A DNA stretch of 50,837 nt from Candidatus Zapsychrus exili (GTDB lineage: Bacteria; Omnitrophota; Gorgyraeia; Zapsychrales; Zapsychraceae), in NCBI GenBank assembly GCA_030765585.1, contig JAVCCJ010000113.1, positions 1-50,837 on the forward strand. Direction: 5' to 3'. A program made the translations under genes and the position numbers. The notes under the pieces were generated by a model. That model was given only the letters and a program-made list of their open reading frames with translations. It searched no databases and was not told the origin of the DNA. Below are positions 48,738-50,837 of this stretch, piece by piece; the stretch's first letter is position 1, and the number at the start of each line of letters is the position of its first letter.

Positions 48738-50836
48738 TAGTCACTCTCAAACCAAGTCTTTATTATAATTTCACTTTCAGTTACAGATTCTTTTATCGCT
48801 GAAATCTTAGCATCAATTTCCTCTAGTTTTTCATTAACCTTCTCAGAGTCTTGTCTTTCCTCTTCCACTAACTTCTTAACCTTAAGACCTAGACCTAACG
48901 AATCTGCGCTTTGATTTACCAATTCTCCTAATATATCCATCATCTCAACAGCTGTTGATTGAGAATCGCTGCTCATATCTGATATTTCATATACAACCGC
49001 TTCTATTTCACTTAAAGCTCCCTCTAGATCATCAACTTTTGTATAGAGATTTGGTGTTTGTCCGTCTATACCTAAATCTGTCTTTATTTCCTGAATGATG
49101 CTCAACGCAGAATCTGCACTTTGTTTGCCTTTGTTAGCATTTTCATTGATATTATTTAAACGCCCAAATACTGAGTCTGCTGTTTCTGCATCGCCAGCAA
49201 CACCTGTTAAAGCTTCTAGATTGTTTAAATCACCAAATATTGTTGAGTCAGCAGAAGTATCGGCTTCATCGCCTAATACGCTCTCTATAGTTGTTACCTT
49301 TGTTAATATAGTTCTTATATCAGTACCACCAACAGCGTCTTTAACATCAGCGATTTTTCCAAACAATGTACTTGACGCAGAAGTATCAGATGATGTACCC
49401 ACTAAACTATTGATAGTGTTTACAACGCTTAATATAGTAGTGACGTTTCCAACAAGAGCCTGTGCATTATCAGCAAAATAATTTAATCCATCCCAGTTGA
49501 TATTCTTACTTGTCATATCAGCTAGATCACTCCAATTGATATTAGAAGTAGTTGATGCTGCCATATCTTCCCAGTTCATTCCAGTTCCTGACATATAAGA
49601 TATATCAGCCCAATTTATTCCAGATGCTGACATTGAAGCTATATCGTCCCAATTAATTCCGGTTTCACTAAGAACTGTAATCTCATCCCAGTTTATGCCA
49701 GCTGCTGACAATTCTCCAAAATTATACCAATTAGCTCCAGCGCTGCTTAACACACCTATATCATCCCAGTTAACACCTGTTTCGCTCATCACATCTATAT
49801 CGTCCCAATTAATTCCAGCATTAGATAGAGATCCTATATTGTCCCAATTGATTCCAGCGTCGCTCATATCATTAATGCCTTCCCAATTAACGCCAGCATC
49901 ACTTAGATCTTTTATTTCTACCCAATTTACACCTGCTGCAGATAGTTCTGCGAAATTATACCAATTTGCTCCAGCACCACTTAACACTCCTATATCGTCC
50001 CAGTTAATTCCTGTTTCTGTTAAAACTTCTATATCTTCCCAATTGATTCCAGCGCCTGATAGTTCTCCAATGTTTGTCCAATTGATTCCAGCGTCGCTTA
50101 AAGAATTAATATCTTCCCAATTAATTCCTGTGTCTGACATAATGTCGATATCGGACCAATTAATTCCTGCATCAGACATATCTCCAATACTTGTCCAATT
50201 AATACCACTACTTGACATGTTTCCTATATTAGACCAATTAATGCCTGTATCTGACAATACATCAAAGTCAGACCAATTAACTCCTGCATCTGAAAGAACA
50301 TCTAAATCAGACCAATTAATTCCGGCGTCACTCATTACATCAAAATCGGACCAGTTAATACCAGTTTCAGTTAGCGCTCTTATATCATCCCAATTGACAC
50401 CTGCGTCTGAAAGTACATTTATATCTTCCCAATTAACACCAGCTACTGATAATCTTCCAATATCGTCCCAATTAATACCTGTATCTGAAAGAACATCTAT
50501 ATCAGACCAATTAATTCCTGCAGAAGACATGTCTCCAATGCTTGTCCAGTTGATACCATTACTTGACATATTTCCTATATTAGACCAATTAATGCCTGTA
50601 TCTGACAATACATCAAAGTCAGACCAATTAATACCAGTTTCACTTAACGCTCTTATATCATCCCAATTAACACCTGCGTCTGAAAGAACATTGATGTCAT
50701 CCCAATTAACACCTGTATCTGAAAGAACATCTATATCAGACCAATTAATACCAGTTTCACTTAACGCTCTTATATCATCCCAATTAACACCTGCGTCTGA
50801 AAGTAGATTTATATCTTGCCAATTAACACCAGCTTC
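48737..50836 (-). CDS. Large 13-aa-repeat protein, C-terminal part (5' end outside the window)
   Basis: The frame is open to the window edge, with 35 visible S-x-x-G-[IV]-N-W-x-D-I-x-x-[LM] units, then G...D.....[TS][LIV]FG repeats and a coiled coil. Confidence 0.9.
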   Translation of the reverse strand, partial: EAGVNWQDINLLSDAGVNWDDIRALSETGINWSDIDVLSDTGVNWDDINVLSDAGVNWDDIRALSETGINWSDFDVLSDTGINWSNIGNMSSNGINWTSIGDMSSAGINWSDIDVLSDTGINWDDIGRLSVAGVNWEDINVLSDAGVNWDDIRALTETGINWSDFDVMSDAGINWSDLDVLSDAGVNWSDFDVLSDTGINWSNIGNMSSSGINWTSIGDMSDAGINWSDIDIMSDTGINWEDINSLSDAGINWTNIGELSGAGINWEDIEVLTETGINWDDIGVLSGAGANWYNFAELSAAGVNWVEIKDLSDAGVNWEGINDMSDAGINWDNIGSLSNAGINWDDIDVMSETGVNWDDIGVLSSAGANWYNFGELSAAGINWDEITVLSETGINWDDIASMSASGINWADISYMSGTGMNWEDMAASTTSNINWSDLADMTSKNINWDGLNYFADNAQALVGNVTTILSVVNTINSLVGTSSDTSASSTLFGKIADVKDAVGGTDIRTILTKVTTIESVLGDEADTSADSTIFGDLNNLEALTGVAGDAETADSVFGRLNNINENANKGKQSADSALSIIQEIKTDLGIDGQTPNLYTKVDDLEGALSEIEAVVYEISDMSSDSQSTAVEMMDILGELVNQSADSLGLGLKVKKLVEEERQDSEKVNEKLEEIDAKISAIKESVTESEIIIKTWFESD

Positions 50837-50837
50837 G
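49485..50837. repeat. Coding 39-bp tandem repeat array
   Basis: ccaattaat/ccagttaa recurring every 39 bp, with higher-order blocks of 117 and 351 bp. Confidence 0.95.

Noticed and set aside
49485..50837. Possible CRISPR array (regular ~39-bp periodicity)
   Set aside because: No constant repeat with unique spacers. Variation is codon-structured within one open frame, and there are no cas genes.

Overview
AT-rich bacterial chromosome segment, almost entirely minus-strand coded; probably Candidatus Omnitrophota, inferred from protein style and not verified. Left to right: (1) the 3' end of a large serine recombinase running convergently into, and apparently truncating, a large secreted modular protein; (2) a small HTH gene, an epimerase pseudogene, a cupin and a lipoprotein; (3) a tandem array of four mosaic secreted Cys-rich/FN3 proteins, two of them decaying; (4) a cNMP-MinD-like-patatin fusion, an RNA m5U methyltransferase, a PsbP-like protein and pentose-phosphate genes (pgl, tal, split tkt); (5) tRNA-Lys(CTT) flanked by partial copies of itself; (6) a 1798-aa paralog of the first modular protein carrying a PPDK-like kinase module; (7) a trypsin-like protease and an STT3/PglB-like oligosaccharyltransferase with a WWD>WWP change; (8) a RAYT relic and a GT-C pseudogene; (9) an ~18 kb co-directional cluster. 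In that cluster a 13-aa-repeat protein, a membrane-anchored duplicated-domain protein and a divergent F-type ATPase-like module lead directly into type II secretion/type IV pilin genes (GspE-PilZ, F, G, I, J, K, PilM-N, PilO, TPR). The ATPase module has alpha, short epsilon, two c-like subunits, a b-delta fusion, gamma and beta, but no a subunit. The best candidates for an undescribed system are this ATPase-T2SS hybrid and the D-x-A-M-delimited modular secreted proteins that could be its substrates.
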